Shown here one piece after another: positions 11,301 through 22,500 of a stretch of 64,000 nucleotides of DNA. The notes beneath the pieces were generated by a model. It saw nothing but the letters and a program-made list of their open reading frames with translations. It ran no database searches and had not been told where the DNA came from. A program made the translations under genes and the position numbers. Location of the stretch: NCBI RefSeq assembly GCF_011386835.1, contig NC_088802.1, positions 8,680,001 through 8,744,000 on the forward strand. Direction: 5' to 3'. This DNA comes from Chrysemys picta bellii. Taxonomy: Eukaryota. How positions within the stretch are numbered: position 1 is the stretch's first letter; each line of letters begins with the position of its first letter.

Positions 11301-12589
11301 AGATGGAGTTTAAAATACAAGGCTGAAATCGTAACATCTAAAAATGCCTTTATCTGTGTTTAACTTCAGCTCAAACCCAAAGGATATTTTGAAATCTGTC
11401 ATGGGAAAAAGTTTGGTTACTTCCTCTATCTCACAAAGGAGCAAGCTAGTTCATATTTTGTTTCTATTCAATTTCACTTCTGGTTCTCTGCCCTTAAAGC
11501 TGCGATGTTTGGGTTGCAAATTGGTGGTTGTTGCATTTTGCTGAACTTGTAAATTTTAGTCTGCTTAAAAAATGTCTTTGTTCTTGTATCCTTTTAAGTG
11601 ATAGTGAACCAGTTCAATGATTCATGTTCTAGGATAACTTTTCTTTTTTTTGGCTAAAGTGTGTACCTAATGCTGCTCTTCCCCCTTACCAGCTTGACCT
11701 GTAATGATTTTTTTTCAGAAGGAAGTAATCTATTGACACTCATACGTTGACTGTACCTTGTAAATGATCATGCTATTTGTGTATTTACAGAAACTGCCTT
11801 TAATGTTGGGTAGAAATATGTAAGAATATTGCTTAAAAGTTCACATCACTGGAAGCGTTTCTTGCACCATATAAACTGTAGGCCTGATGTTCAGACTCAC
11901 TGACTTCAGTTGGAATCCTAGATAGTCAGGATTTCTGAACATCCATATTAGGATTTGGCAATGGAAGCTGATATTTATCACACACTCGGTTCTGCAAATA
12001 CCACAAATTGGTTTCTGCCCTGCTTCAGGACTAGTTCAGCAAATGTTGTCGATGTTTTATTGTTCAACCAGGATTAGAATTAATGCTTGGGAGACTTAAG
12101 CCACTCACAGTTGAATCACTACTTTTTTTGGTTAAATTCAGAGTGCAGCTCTACTCAGAGAAGCAACTCTGTGAAAAGGCATTGTGTGGCTTTTTGTCCC
12201 TGAACTCTAGATCCTGTTTAGTCAACTGGCAAATAAAATTGGCTTTCTGCCAGCCCTGCAAATTCAGGCTGGGATTCAGTTGTTAAGTTAGGTTCAGTCT
12301 TGTTTTCATCAGGAATAGATTGTACAAATTAAGTTCTGCCTTCATTTAACCTGATTTCAGTAAGCTTACCCACATGTGACTGCAGTTACACTGCAACTCA
12401 TGGGTGAGCCTAAAATAGAATGTGGCACACTCCCTTAAAGCCTCTTTGGTTCTCTGGGGCTAACAGGGATCAAATGTGTTATTAAAGTTAGCAGATCTGA
12501 CTAATATACACACAGGAATCAGAGAAGATGCCTTTAGTCACTTTAAAGAGTAGGGCCATGCCTCAAAGGGTTTTAGACTAGATCACCCA

Positions 12590-12745
12590 TTTCTTTCAGT
12601 GGAGGTGAACACCTAACAGACATCCTAGCCAAATTCTTACCTGTTCAGTTATATTGTGCTTACCTTTGATTAGCATTGTGTGCCATAAACAGCTACAGTG
12701 CACCACCCCAGAGGTGACTGCATTTCAGGAGCTGGAGTGAAGTGA
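12590..12745 (+). mobile_element. AmnSINE1-like 3' fragment
   Basis: CATCCTAGCCAAATTC...AAACAGCT...CACCCCAGAGGTGACTGCATTTCAG. Confidence 0.55.
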
Positions 12746-13499
12746 CCGAGCTGTAGCTTGTTTTTTCTGGGTAGCCTGCTGTCTGAGAGCAATGTTTGTC
12801 TTAAGCCTGCTCCTTCCTATGTCTGGCAGTGGAGTCTAAAGTCAAGTTTGGTTATTTCCATGGCCAACAGCAGGCCAAATTTTCCAACCAAAAATTCCTT
12901 AATTGCAGAAAGCCTAATCTATTGCTCAGTGCCCAGAACATGTGCAGATCTGAGCATTCAAATGCAATGCTTAGTGTTACTTTTAAAAATAAGACACTAA
13001 TGCCAGAGTATGACTAATACCATAGGATCTGTTTGGGGCAATAGGATGAAAATGGTAACTAGGCAACCATTTTCCATTATGTAAATTTCATATGAGGCAT
13101 TTGTTCTCCATGAAGCAGGGGTATATTGACCACACAAGTTTTGGTTTCTCTTCAGCCATTGACACTGCTTTCAAATCAAATGCCCCCTGTTGGGGAGGAA
13201 TGGACGGAGACATGCTGCTCGTGATGTGAACTTCTAGGGTGCATGCAAAAGAGAGAAACTCTGGGCAAAGTCATGAACATTTTACCTGTTTTTCTAAAGC
13301 TTTGCCAGGGGTTTCTGCTAAAACCGTTGACCTAAGATTGCAATTTCCTCAAGATAACAATAGAAAAACTGTTTTCCTATAAAAGCAACTTAAAACTGTT
13401 CTTTAAAGTGTGTTTCTCTTCTGAAGCATATTTCTAAAATGGCATCTTGTCAAATCACAGATAATGCCTTTCTCATCTAGCGCTTTTCATCAGTAGATC

Positions 13500-13680
13500 T
13501 CAAGTGCTTCACAACATTCATAGTCTCTCAACACTTCTGTGAGGTAGAGCAGTGCTATTATCCCTGTTTTACACATGGAGCGTGAGGCCTAAAGTCACAC
13601 AGGAAATCTAGTGGAGTGGGGAATTGCACAGAATTGGGAACCTTAGGTACTAGTGCTCTAACACTGCACCCATGCGCCCA
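13500..13680 (-). mobile_element. MIR/CORE-SINE fragment
   Basis: GTGAGGTAG...TATTATCCCTGTTTACACATGGAG...AAAGTCACACAGGAA...GCTCTAACACTGCACC follows the reverse MIR layout. Confidence 0.55.
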
Positions 13681-14174
13681 TATTAAGATGTCTGATCGCA
13701 GAGCCAGATTTGTTGAGCTCTTGAGACTGAGGACAGAATCAGACCAGCAGAATCTCTCTAATGGAGATGCACAAGCGATTTTTAAAAAAAAAGTTGCTTA
13801 TCTGATCCTGGGTTGGGTTTGTAAGGAGCCAGGTAGCAAAAACCTTCCTACATGTATAACCTGACATGCTTGATTGTGGATCATGGACCCACACAATACC
13901 ATTTCATAGCAGCGTTCCACTCTGAAAAGCTGCTATTTCCTTTATATCTGGGCTGGTTGACGCTGCAATAATCCAGGTTCAGAGTTCGTAACTTTGACAT
14001 GTTGCTTCAAGCCCCTTCCAGTTGACTGTGGGTCAAGCTATTGGTCCAGAGAGTGGGATCAAACTAGACATGTAGTTGGCTAAAAGTGGACTTTAGTCTA
14101 AATTAGGCTTAAATGTGTAACTGAAACCTTAAATATGCTTTTTGATGTTTTCAGAGGTGAACTCAAAGGTCTTG

Positions 14175-14370
14175 CTGGGGTTCTCAAACTGGGGGTGGTG
14201 ACCCCTCAGGAGGTTATGTGCAGGTCATGAGCTGTCAGCCTCCACCCCCTGCTTCACCTCCAGCATTTATAAGAGTGTTAAATGTAAAAAGTGTTTTTAA
14301 TTTAAAAGTGGGGTCACACTCGGGCCTGCTGTGTGAAAGGGGTCACAGTACAAAAGTTTGAGAACTGCTG
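14175..14370. mobile_element. Older hAT MITE, same family as 47036-47278 in the opposite orientation
   Basis: Ends CTGGGGTTCTCAAACT...AGTTTGAGAACTGCTG with a shared AT-rich interior. No TSD recognisable. Confidence 0.65.
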
Positions 14371-14469
14371 ATGAAGGCTTGAGTTTAGGATAGGGGGTCA
14401 GTCGTTTTAGGAGAAAAAATGCCATCTGGTTTGAGGCACAGGACTCCTGGGTTCTAATTTCATCTCTTG

Positions 14470-14592
14470 ATCAGGGAGCCTGGGAGTCAGGACTCCTGGG
14501 TTCTATTCCTGGCTTGACGACAGACTTCCTGTGTGACCTTGGGTAGATCATATATATAGATCTTTATATTTTTGTCTATAAAATGGGAATAT
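14470..14592 (+). mobile_element. MIR/CORE-SINE fragment
   Basis: GGGAGTCAGGACTCCTGGGTTCTATTCCTGGCT...TGTGTGACCTTGGGTAGATCA...TCTATAAAATGGGAATA. Confidence 0.6.
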
Positions 14593-15927
14593 TAATTTGG
14601 TTCCCTAAAGACACTTTTTCTCCCCCACTTTATATCTAGTTCTTAAAATGCCAGAAACTCCAGGCTTCTCTCCTGGGTGAAGGGACATAAGCGCTATAAA
14701 CAAGTTTAGACTTTCTATTCAAGTGTTAATACCTTGTCTATCACTGTGGTAGGAGTGCATATTGAACATTAATTCAAATGTAAGCTGTAGGGACCAATCC
14801 TGAAGAAGGAGCCTTCCATCTGACTTCCAATTTCTAACCACTGGCTTCACTCCACTTGCTTATTGTACACCCCTGTCTAGGTGGAATACCAAGAAATCTG
14901 GAGTTTGGATTTCTCTGACGCTTAGAGAGGGGGGTATCTTGTCAAAGTATGAGATTTATGTTTAAATTCTTACCAAGCCAGTTAACTCTTAACAAAACCT
15001 TTGCAGTTTGCCTTTTAAACAGATGTTCAAGTTACCTTTAAAGAGACTTGAGCCAAACTTGCCATTAATCTTTTTAAAAAAAGCTTTTAGTAAGTTTCCA
15101 TGAGTGCTATAAATTCCAGTAAGAGCAAGCATCTCTATCTGTACCATAGGCAACCCCAAATGTGTCACGCTTTAGCAGTGTGCCAAAGTGAAATTGAATA
15201 GAAACACGTCTTACTGCTTGAGCTGAGAAATATTGGAAGTAAATAGCAGAAACAGTAAAGAAAAGAGCTAGAATTTTTTTTAACTTTCTTTTGATTTTAG
15301 TCTTATTCAGGCAGGGAAGGGGTTGATAACACAGGAAATTTCTCTTAAATTGTCTAGAAACTGGTGATCTAATGTTTGCTCACAGTTGCCGAGGCTATGG
15401 TGTCTTAGTCTTTCCTCTGATGTCCTTTAGTCAAGTACTGCACTTATCAGAATAGTTGCATATGCTAATACACAGCTGTTGCAGCCTGTCATCTGTGCAT
15501 ATAAATCTGATGGATGTGTAGTCTTTATTAATAGAACTTAAAATCTTTGCTGGGAACCCTGAGCAATGGAAACTCCCACTCTTCTTTACTATGCCTGGTA
15601 GCGCCTTGGGGAATTCACATGCTCGCAGACCTTCCTGCAGCCTCAAGGCAACAAAGTGGAATCCTTATTTGTTATCTTGGTCAATTCTGTGTATTGGTCC
15701 TTATTCTGCCAATGAAGCAAAGGGATCTCTTATTTGTAGATCTGTCTAGACTTATAACTGTCTTATGTCTGTATGATTCTATCTCCTACTCTCTCATAAT
15801 CATAGTGCCTGGTCTTCCAGCATGGAGTACGATCAGGGCATCTGGTGGGATTTCCCTACTGGGATGAAATTGCCATGGCTAAGTTCTCCTGTGTACATAA
15901 CTCTGTGTTTGATCTCTTGTGTGGATG

Positions 15928-16245
15928 GTGACAGGTGTCGGATTGGCAGCCCTGGAGACTGAAGTCCTCTCTTCACCAGCAAAGCATGTCCAAGCCTGGC
16001 AGCGGCACTGCGAGCTTTTTTCCCCTGCCGAAGCGCATTTACCTTGCGTGTGGAGGAGGCCACCTCTGGGGGGTGAGAGGGGAATTCAGTCTCCATGGCC
16101 TGTCCCGCTCTCCGCCGAGGGCTGCAGGCACAGAGACTTCTCGGCATGGATGCCTTGCAACTGGACTGACACCCCGTACCCCCCAAACTGATTCCCCCCC
16201 AAGCTACCGAACGACCGTCAGCTGGTAACAACTTTCCATCGCTCC
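15928..16245 (-). mobile_element. LF-SINE body fragment
   Basis: Minus strand reads GTTGTTACCAGCTGACGGTCGTTCGGT...GGCCATGGAGACTGAATTCCCCTCTCACCCC...GAGGACTTCAGTCTCCAGGGCTGCCAATCCGACACC, collinear with the recalled LF-SINE consensus. Confidence 0.7.
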
Positions 16246-19200
16246 CTACTGTCTAGTTTTGCTCCCACTAAACTCCTCTGCCCAGTAAGTGATGGTGGAT
16301 CTCTGCAGTTAACTTGGAGAGAGACTTTATTGGGGAGGAGTTCACACCAGACCTTGGAAGAGCTGGCTGTGGTTGGATATTTTTCCCCTCCTGCTCGGAG
16401 AAAGGACTTTGCTGAAAAGGCAGCGACGAGGGGATCTCTTCCTTCCATGTTGAATCCAGTCTCGATCAGCCTGCCACAGTCAACAAAGTTCTGGAACTCA
16501 GCCATGCTGCCCATCTGTGTGTGTGTGTAAATTCTCCCTCATCGCGCCAACCCTTCTGCTCCCCTAAGCAAAGCGGCATTGGCAGCCTTACACACAGCCC
16601 CGCTTGTTTCAGTGCTGGGTCTCGGTGTCTATGCCTCACGCAACGTGTGTGTAACTTACCAATGGGGAGTATGTTGCCTTAGTGTCACTAGTTACCATCG
16701 ACACTAATCGTTCCTCGCTGTACAACACGGGGACTGTTTACGCCTAGGTAGCTACACTACACTTTCACCCCACCCTCTGAATAAGGGTAACATACAAAGG
16801 CAGATCTGTTGCGTGTTGCTGAAGCAGACCCAGCCAGTGCATCTCTAAGCAATGTCCCAGCCCTGGTCCTGCTTGTCCACTTCTGTTGTAGTTTAACCTG
16901 TATTGTGTTACAAGCTTCCCAGATAGGTAGTAGCGTAATGGCGCATTAATCTATCCACTGCTCTATACTGCAGGCAGTTTTCATTCCAAGGGGTGAGTGC
17001 AGTGTCTCCTAGTGGGAACCCCTCTGTGTTCCCTGGGGCGAGTATTAAGGGGTGGCTGTTGCCACCATTAAGGGAGGCCGAGCTGCTTAACCTCGGCTGC
17101 TGCATCCTAGTCACCTGTAAACTCTGCCATTCCTGTCTGCACCAAAACTCAAAGAAGCCTGTACTAAGGGGAAGTAGTCTCAGTGCTCTGTCACTGCTCA
17201 ATTAGTCAGTTGTTGCTTATGCATGCTCCACCTTTAAGAGGGACAGCAATAGTGTATTTATGCTTCCCCTCTTCTCCCCACCCCGCCCCCCAGACTGGGT
17301 TGACTGACACAAAATAGCCTGACTTTAAGCCAGTGATTCCTGGTCTGTGCAGTCCTCAAATCCCATTTTCTGTAGCGTAGGAGCCTGTGACAGAAATACT
17401 ACAGTGCCCGAGACTGGGCTCTGGCCCTCATGGTGGGGGTAGGAGGAATGTCTGCCTTGCTTGCTAATCAAGCCCTTTAAAGGGCCGTGGCCAAGACAGT
17501 TTCTCCAGTTAGTCTCTTCAGACTGACACGTCTACCTTGCTCCCATGGTGTGGCTGTTCTTGCACTAGGGTCTGAGACAATTTAACTAGCCTGGTCAATT
17601 TCACTTTCCCTGTCTGTTTAATTTCTCAGTTCTAGGCAGGGCATGCAATGCCTGGGAGAGGCATGTGTGTATCTATGGGTGAAGGTGTCTCTCTTCAATG
17701 AAATTAACAAGATTTATGAAAACACTTAAAGGGGACAATTTTTAAAATCAAATTTTGGGTGATAAAGCCTTTACAATGGCCTTTTAACTCAGCTCAGAGT
17801 CTTATCTGAATCTCCCACTAATTGAACTGAATTTTTTGCTGGCACCAACTCATGCACTTCAGACACACTGTTTACTGTTAGGATATCTACCTTAACCCCT
17901 TTACATGCCAGGGCTTCACACCATCATTGGTCTCATTGGGTCTGAACGACCTAACGGAAATGGTGGTGTGATGATGTGTAACATTCATGCTCAAAGTCCT
18001 GGCAAACAGGATAATTTATCCATGCATGACTTACTTTGCATCATCCTGACTTTGGGGAGAGAGTCAACTTTGTATGGGCCATTTGCCAGTTCCCCTTGAA
18101 CATTGTTTTCCCAGCATCTACCCTGAAAGATCTGGTGTAACGTACAGAGAAGAGAGCTCTGTCTGCACCCAACCCTTTTCCCTTAATATATATACTTTTT
18201 TCCTCCTCCTGGCAAACCTAAGAACCAGTTGAACAATAAAGCCAAACAGATTAGATTTCCCCTACCATGGTTGTTGAAACTAATCAGCTTGTTTCAGGGT
18301 GCCTTCCGTATCGGGATGCCGTGAAGAATTGCATGAAGGAACAACTTGGCAGAGTGTTTTCCCATTGCTTTGCTTTTGTGTCCTCTGCATTTCTTGTGTG
18401 GATCTGTGGCATTTTTGCTGTTTTAAACATGTACCTGTAACTTGGTGCATTACATTTCCTAAAAACCAAATAAACTTATTTATTTACAATTTGTAACTTG
18501 TGGATGTTGGAGGTGTTATGGAGGCAAATTAATAATAAAAAAAAGTTAATCTTTTTTTAATGGCATAGCCCAAAATACTTCCTGTTGATTATTTTTATGT
18601 CTGGGGTTTTTTTTTGTTTTGTTCTAATCAGGGCCTCTCTATTTTAAAAAGAACATTTCTTTAGTAACACAGACGGTTTACTTCTGCAATGGCTCTTTCT
18701 AACAAATGAGATTCCAACACAACCCACTACTCTCACTCAAGTAGAACCTTTTTCTTTAGTATGTAGGTAATCAAATTTAGACTGAAACTTACAGCTGCTG
18801 ATGTATTTTAGGCCCCATTCTCATAAACAACATTGCATCTCAAGTCAATATTAGCTTTGGTTATCTCTCTAAACCACTGAATATTACAAGGTTTAGACCC
18901 ACACCTCTCTTCTGATCAAGGTCTACTTGGATATAAATTCTTTAGTGTGCAATAAACTCCTAAACTAAAAATTAGTCTCAGAAAAACATCAGCATTCTCC
19001 TCTGTGGTTTGTCTAAAAAGAGAATATCGACTTGAAAACACTATTGTGTGTTTGTTCACATTTCAATAAATGGTATCTTGCCATAAACTTGTTAGTCTCA
19101 AGGTGGTTGAGTGGGAACATTACTAGATACTCCCTGCTCTGGATTTTCCCCAATTGGCTGTCCCTTTGTCCTGTACTTGGGGGATATTTGATCATAGAGG

Positions 19201-19524
19201 AGACAGATTGGTAAAGAATAAACCTCGAGTTCAGATCCATCCTGGTTAAGGCCCTAGGTAGATACATAGATATGTGCGTCTGTAACTGCGAGCGTGCGGT
19301 TAGGGGAAAGAATTCTAGTTTTCAAATGCTGGGAACTGATGATCTTTGCCAAGTGGGTTCTCTCTTGACTGGTGGCAACAATAGGATAATACTTTGTACT
19401 TGTATAGTAGCTGTACCCTTCCTAATCAAGTTTTGATTCCACTTATCAGTGCAATGATATCTCTCTGCTCTTTGAGAGTAACCCCCCTTTTTTTTCTTTC
19501 TTTCTTGCTTCAGAACTGTCCATC

Positions 19525-22500
19525 ATGGGCTCTGGACCAATCGATCCTCATGAACTCCTAAAAGGATTAGATTGCTTCCTGGGGAGAGATGGAGAAGTCA
19601 AAAATACAGAAGGGGTCACCAAGATTTTCAAGTAAGTCTCCAGTTTAAATGTGTGTTTTGAAGAATTTTTAGCATGGCAGGACACAATATAGCAAAACCT
19701 CAGTTTCCCAGAGCAGAAGTAAGCAGCTGGTGCTGTGTGAAAATGACCCATCAGAGCAAAGATGTTTGTTTTAAAGTAGCAGCCGTGTTAGTCTGTATCT
19801 GCAAAAAGAACAGGAGTACTTGTGGCACCTTAGAGACTAACAAATTTATTAGAGCATAAGCTTTCGTGGGCCACAAGTACTCCTGTTCGTTTTAAGTCCT
19901 TTCCCTTCCTATTCTTATTTATTAAATGCTGATCTGCTTGTATGATGGCTAGCATTAAAGTTGTTGGGGGTTTTTAAGGCAGTTTAGGGGTTTTAGTCAT
20001 GCAGAGGCCAGATTCTCAGCTGGTGTGCATCAAAGTAGCTCCACTGAAGTCAATGGAGCTGCCCTGGTTTAAACCACTTGGGGGATCTGGCCCCATTGAC
20101 TCCAGTGGAACCACAGCTGACTTGCACCAGGTGGGGAATTGGCCTTGGGTACCATCATCTTCAATGGGAGTTGTGCATCCAAATCCCCTAGGCTGCTTTG
20201 GAAACATCAGCCTTGCCTCTCTTGTAACTCCATCCCCTTCTTTCAGAAATGCATCCAGTCCTCTTCCTAAATGTTATTTGATCCTGGATCTCAGTGGAAG
20301 TCCCTTCCGCAGGTTGCTTGAAGGCATTTCAGTGTATTCCAAGCACGCCTAGCATTCATTCCCAAAGCTCTCCCACAACTGCCTTGTTCTTCAGGGTGTT
20401 GACGAGGCATTGGGCAGCTATAACTGCGCTATAAAATATTTAACCCCCCCACCCCCTCAAAAACCCCTCTCCAATTATAGGGAGGTGTGTGACGTTTGCA
20501 GAACATTTTAATCTGGGCTAGATCCTCAACTGGAGTAAATTAGTGAGGCTCCCGAATTTAATGAGAATCCCATCCACTCTGAGCCAGCTGTTGCCCCTGG
20601 CTGGGGCTGGATTAGAGGCAGTGCCCACTGGAGCAGAAAAGCCTCATTCCCATCCCCTCTCAGCCAGTCAGTCCCCCACCAACGGGGGGCCAGATTGGAG
20701 CCAGTGCACCACAGAAGGGAAAGAAGCCATATGCTGTTCCCACATGAGTCCTGTTAATCCTTCTTCTTGGCCCCCCAGCCTACGGAGTCTGATTTCGTGG
20801 CAGTTTTTTTTGCCATGTGCTCTGATCTCTCTGTACTGCATCAGCTGAGCTTCTCTTTCGTCTCTCCCTTCCTGCTTGCAGTTTAATGAAAGACGCACAG
20901 AAAATGGTCAGTCGCTGCATCTACTTGAACATCCTGTTGCAGACCCGGGCGCAAGACATCCTGGCGAAGTAAGAGTCGTGGAGGGTTCCGTACAGAGAGT
21001 GGGTCCTGGGAGTCGGGTTATCCCTAGCTCTGGGAGGGAAGTGGGGTCTAGTGGGTTAGAGAAGGGGGAGCTGGGAGTCAGGACTCCTGGGTTCTCTCCC
21101 CAGCTCTGCCATTCACTGTATGACCATGGTTGGGTGTCTTTTTTCCTCTGAGCTGCAAAGTGATTTCTCAGGAAGGTTATGGGGTTTTAGTGACCCATCT
21201 CTGGCAGGTGCTTGGAGATCAATCCTGGGCTGTAAGGAGTTGGCAGAGACGGTACAAAGTTCAGCTGTAGCCCATGGCGGGGGGAAGGTATGACACCAGC
21301 CCTGACTGGCTCCACTCTCATCCCAGGTTCATCCGCGTCGGGGGTTACAAACTTCTCAACACTTGGCTCACCAGCTCCAAGGCATCCAGCAACGTGCCCC
21401 TGCTGCAGCAGATCCTGCTCACGCTGCAGCACCTGCCCCTCACTGTGGATCACCTGAAGCAAGTGAGTAAAGCTGCTGGCGCCCTCCCTTCGCAGTCAGT
21501 GCTGACCCGGTGGCCCAGTGCGGCGCTAGGGGGGTCCGTGCGGCAGGGAACAAGGTGGGGACGCTGTCCCTTGCGGTCAATGCTGACCCAAACTCTCTGA
21601 TCTCTTCCAGAACAACACAGCGAAACTGGTGAAGCAGCTGAGCAAGTCGAGCGAGGACGAAGGTAAGAAACCGCCCTGTTGCGTGCATGTGCGCCGTGCC
21701 TCCTCCTGTCTGCTGGAGCTCGGTGCGAGCTGCCCTGCTCTAACCTCTGTTCTCTCTCCCCTTCCAGAGCTCCGCAGACTGGCCTCCATCCTTGTCAGCG
21801 ACTGGATGGGCGTCATCCGCTCCCAGAGCAGCGCGCAGCCTGCGGGTGAGTCCCGCCCCTGAAACACGCGTAGGAGACCTTGATTGAAATGATGGGGCCC
21901 CAGACATCCCAGCCCGGGCCCCTTGGCCCACTAATGGGCACTTCCCCCTCCCCGCAGCATCCTGGGTCTGGCCTCTCTTGCCATGGGATCCCTGCCACTC
22001 TACTGCTCAGTGGCTCCTCCCATAATACACTTCTCGCGGCCAGACGTAGGCAGGCTGCGGGCTATTCCCTGGAGCCTGAGGGTGGAGGAGCTGTTGTGGT
22101 GGCATCTTCCTTTGGGATTTGAACCCCCCAGGAGCCTAACCCTCCCCTCCCCTTCCCTGCAGAGCGAGACAAGAAAAAGCGGAAGGAGGAGAGTAAGGGC
22201 AAAGCACCTGTCCAGGAGAAGCCTCAGGAGGCCAAGGCGGAAGCCAAGGCTGAGGAGACGCCGGAGAAGAAAAAAGAGAAGCCGAAATCGCCACGCACCA
22301 CGGCGCCCAGCCATGCCAAGTTCCGCTCCACTGGTGGGTACTGGGAGGGGCATCTCTCAACTCCCGAGGGGAGTAATCTGCCTAATCGAGGGCAGCAAAC
22401 TAAGAGGCCTTGGGTGGGATTCTGTATGGCTGTTCCCCAGTTGTCGCACCCCAGAGGTGGCTGCATCTCAGGGCAACTGCTGGTCACTGTGCAGCTGTTC

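Noticed and set aside
15431-16514. Possible CR1 ORF1 remnant on the minus strand
   Set aside because: The peptide resemblance is weak, and 15928-16245 is better explained at nucleotide level as LF-SINE.
20081-20101. GSGPID peptide echoing the PNUTS N-terminus, as if exon duplication
   Set aside because: It arises from the terminal repeat of a palindromic MITE; the similarity stops after six residues.
21040-21110. tRNA genes suggested by A-box/B-box-like TAGTGGTTAGAGC...GGTTCTATCCC
   Set aside because: No cloverleaf; it is one of dozens of SINE-head-derived repeat copies.
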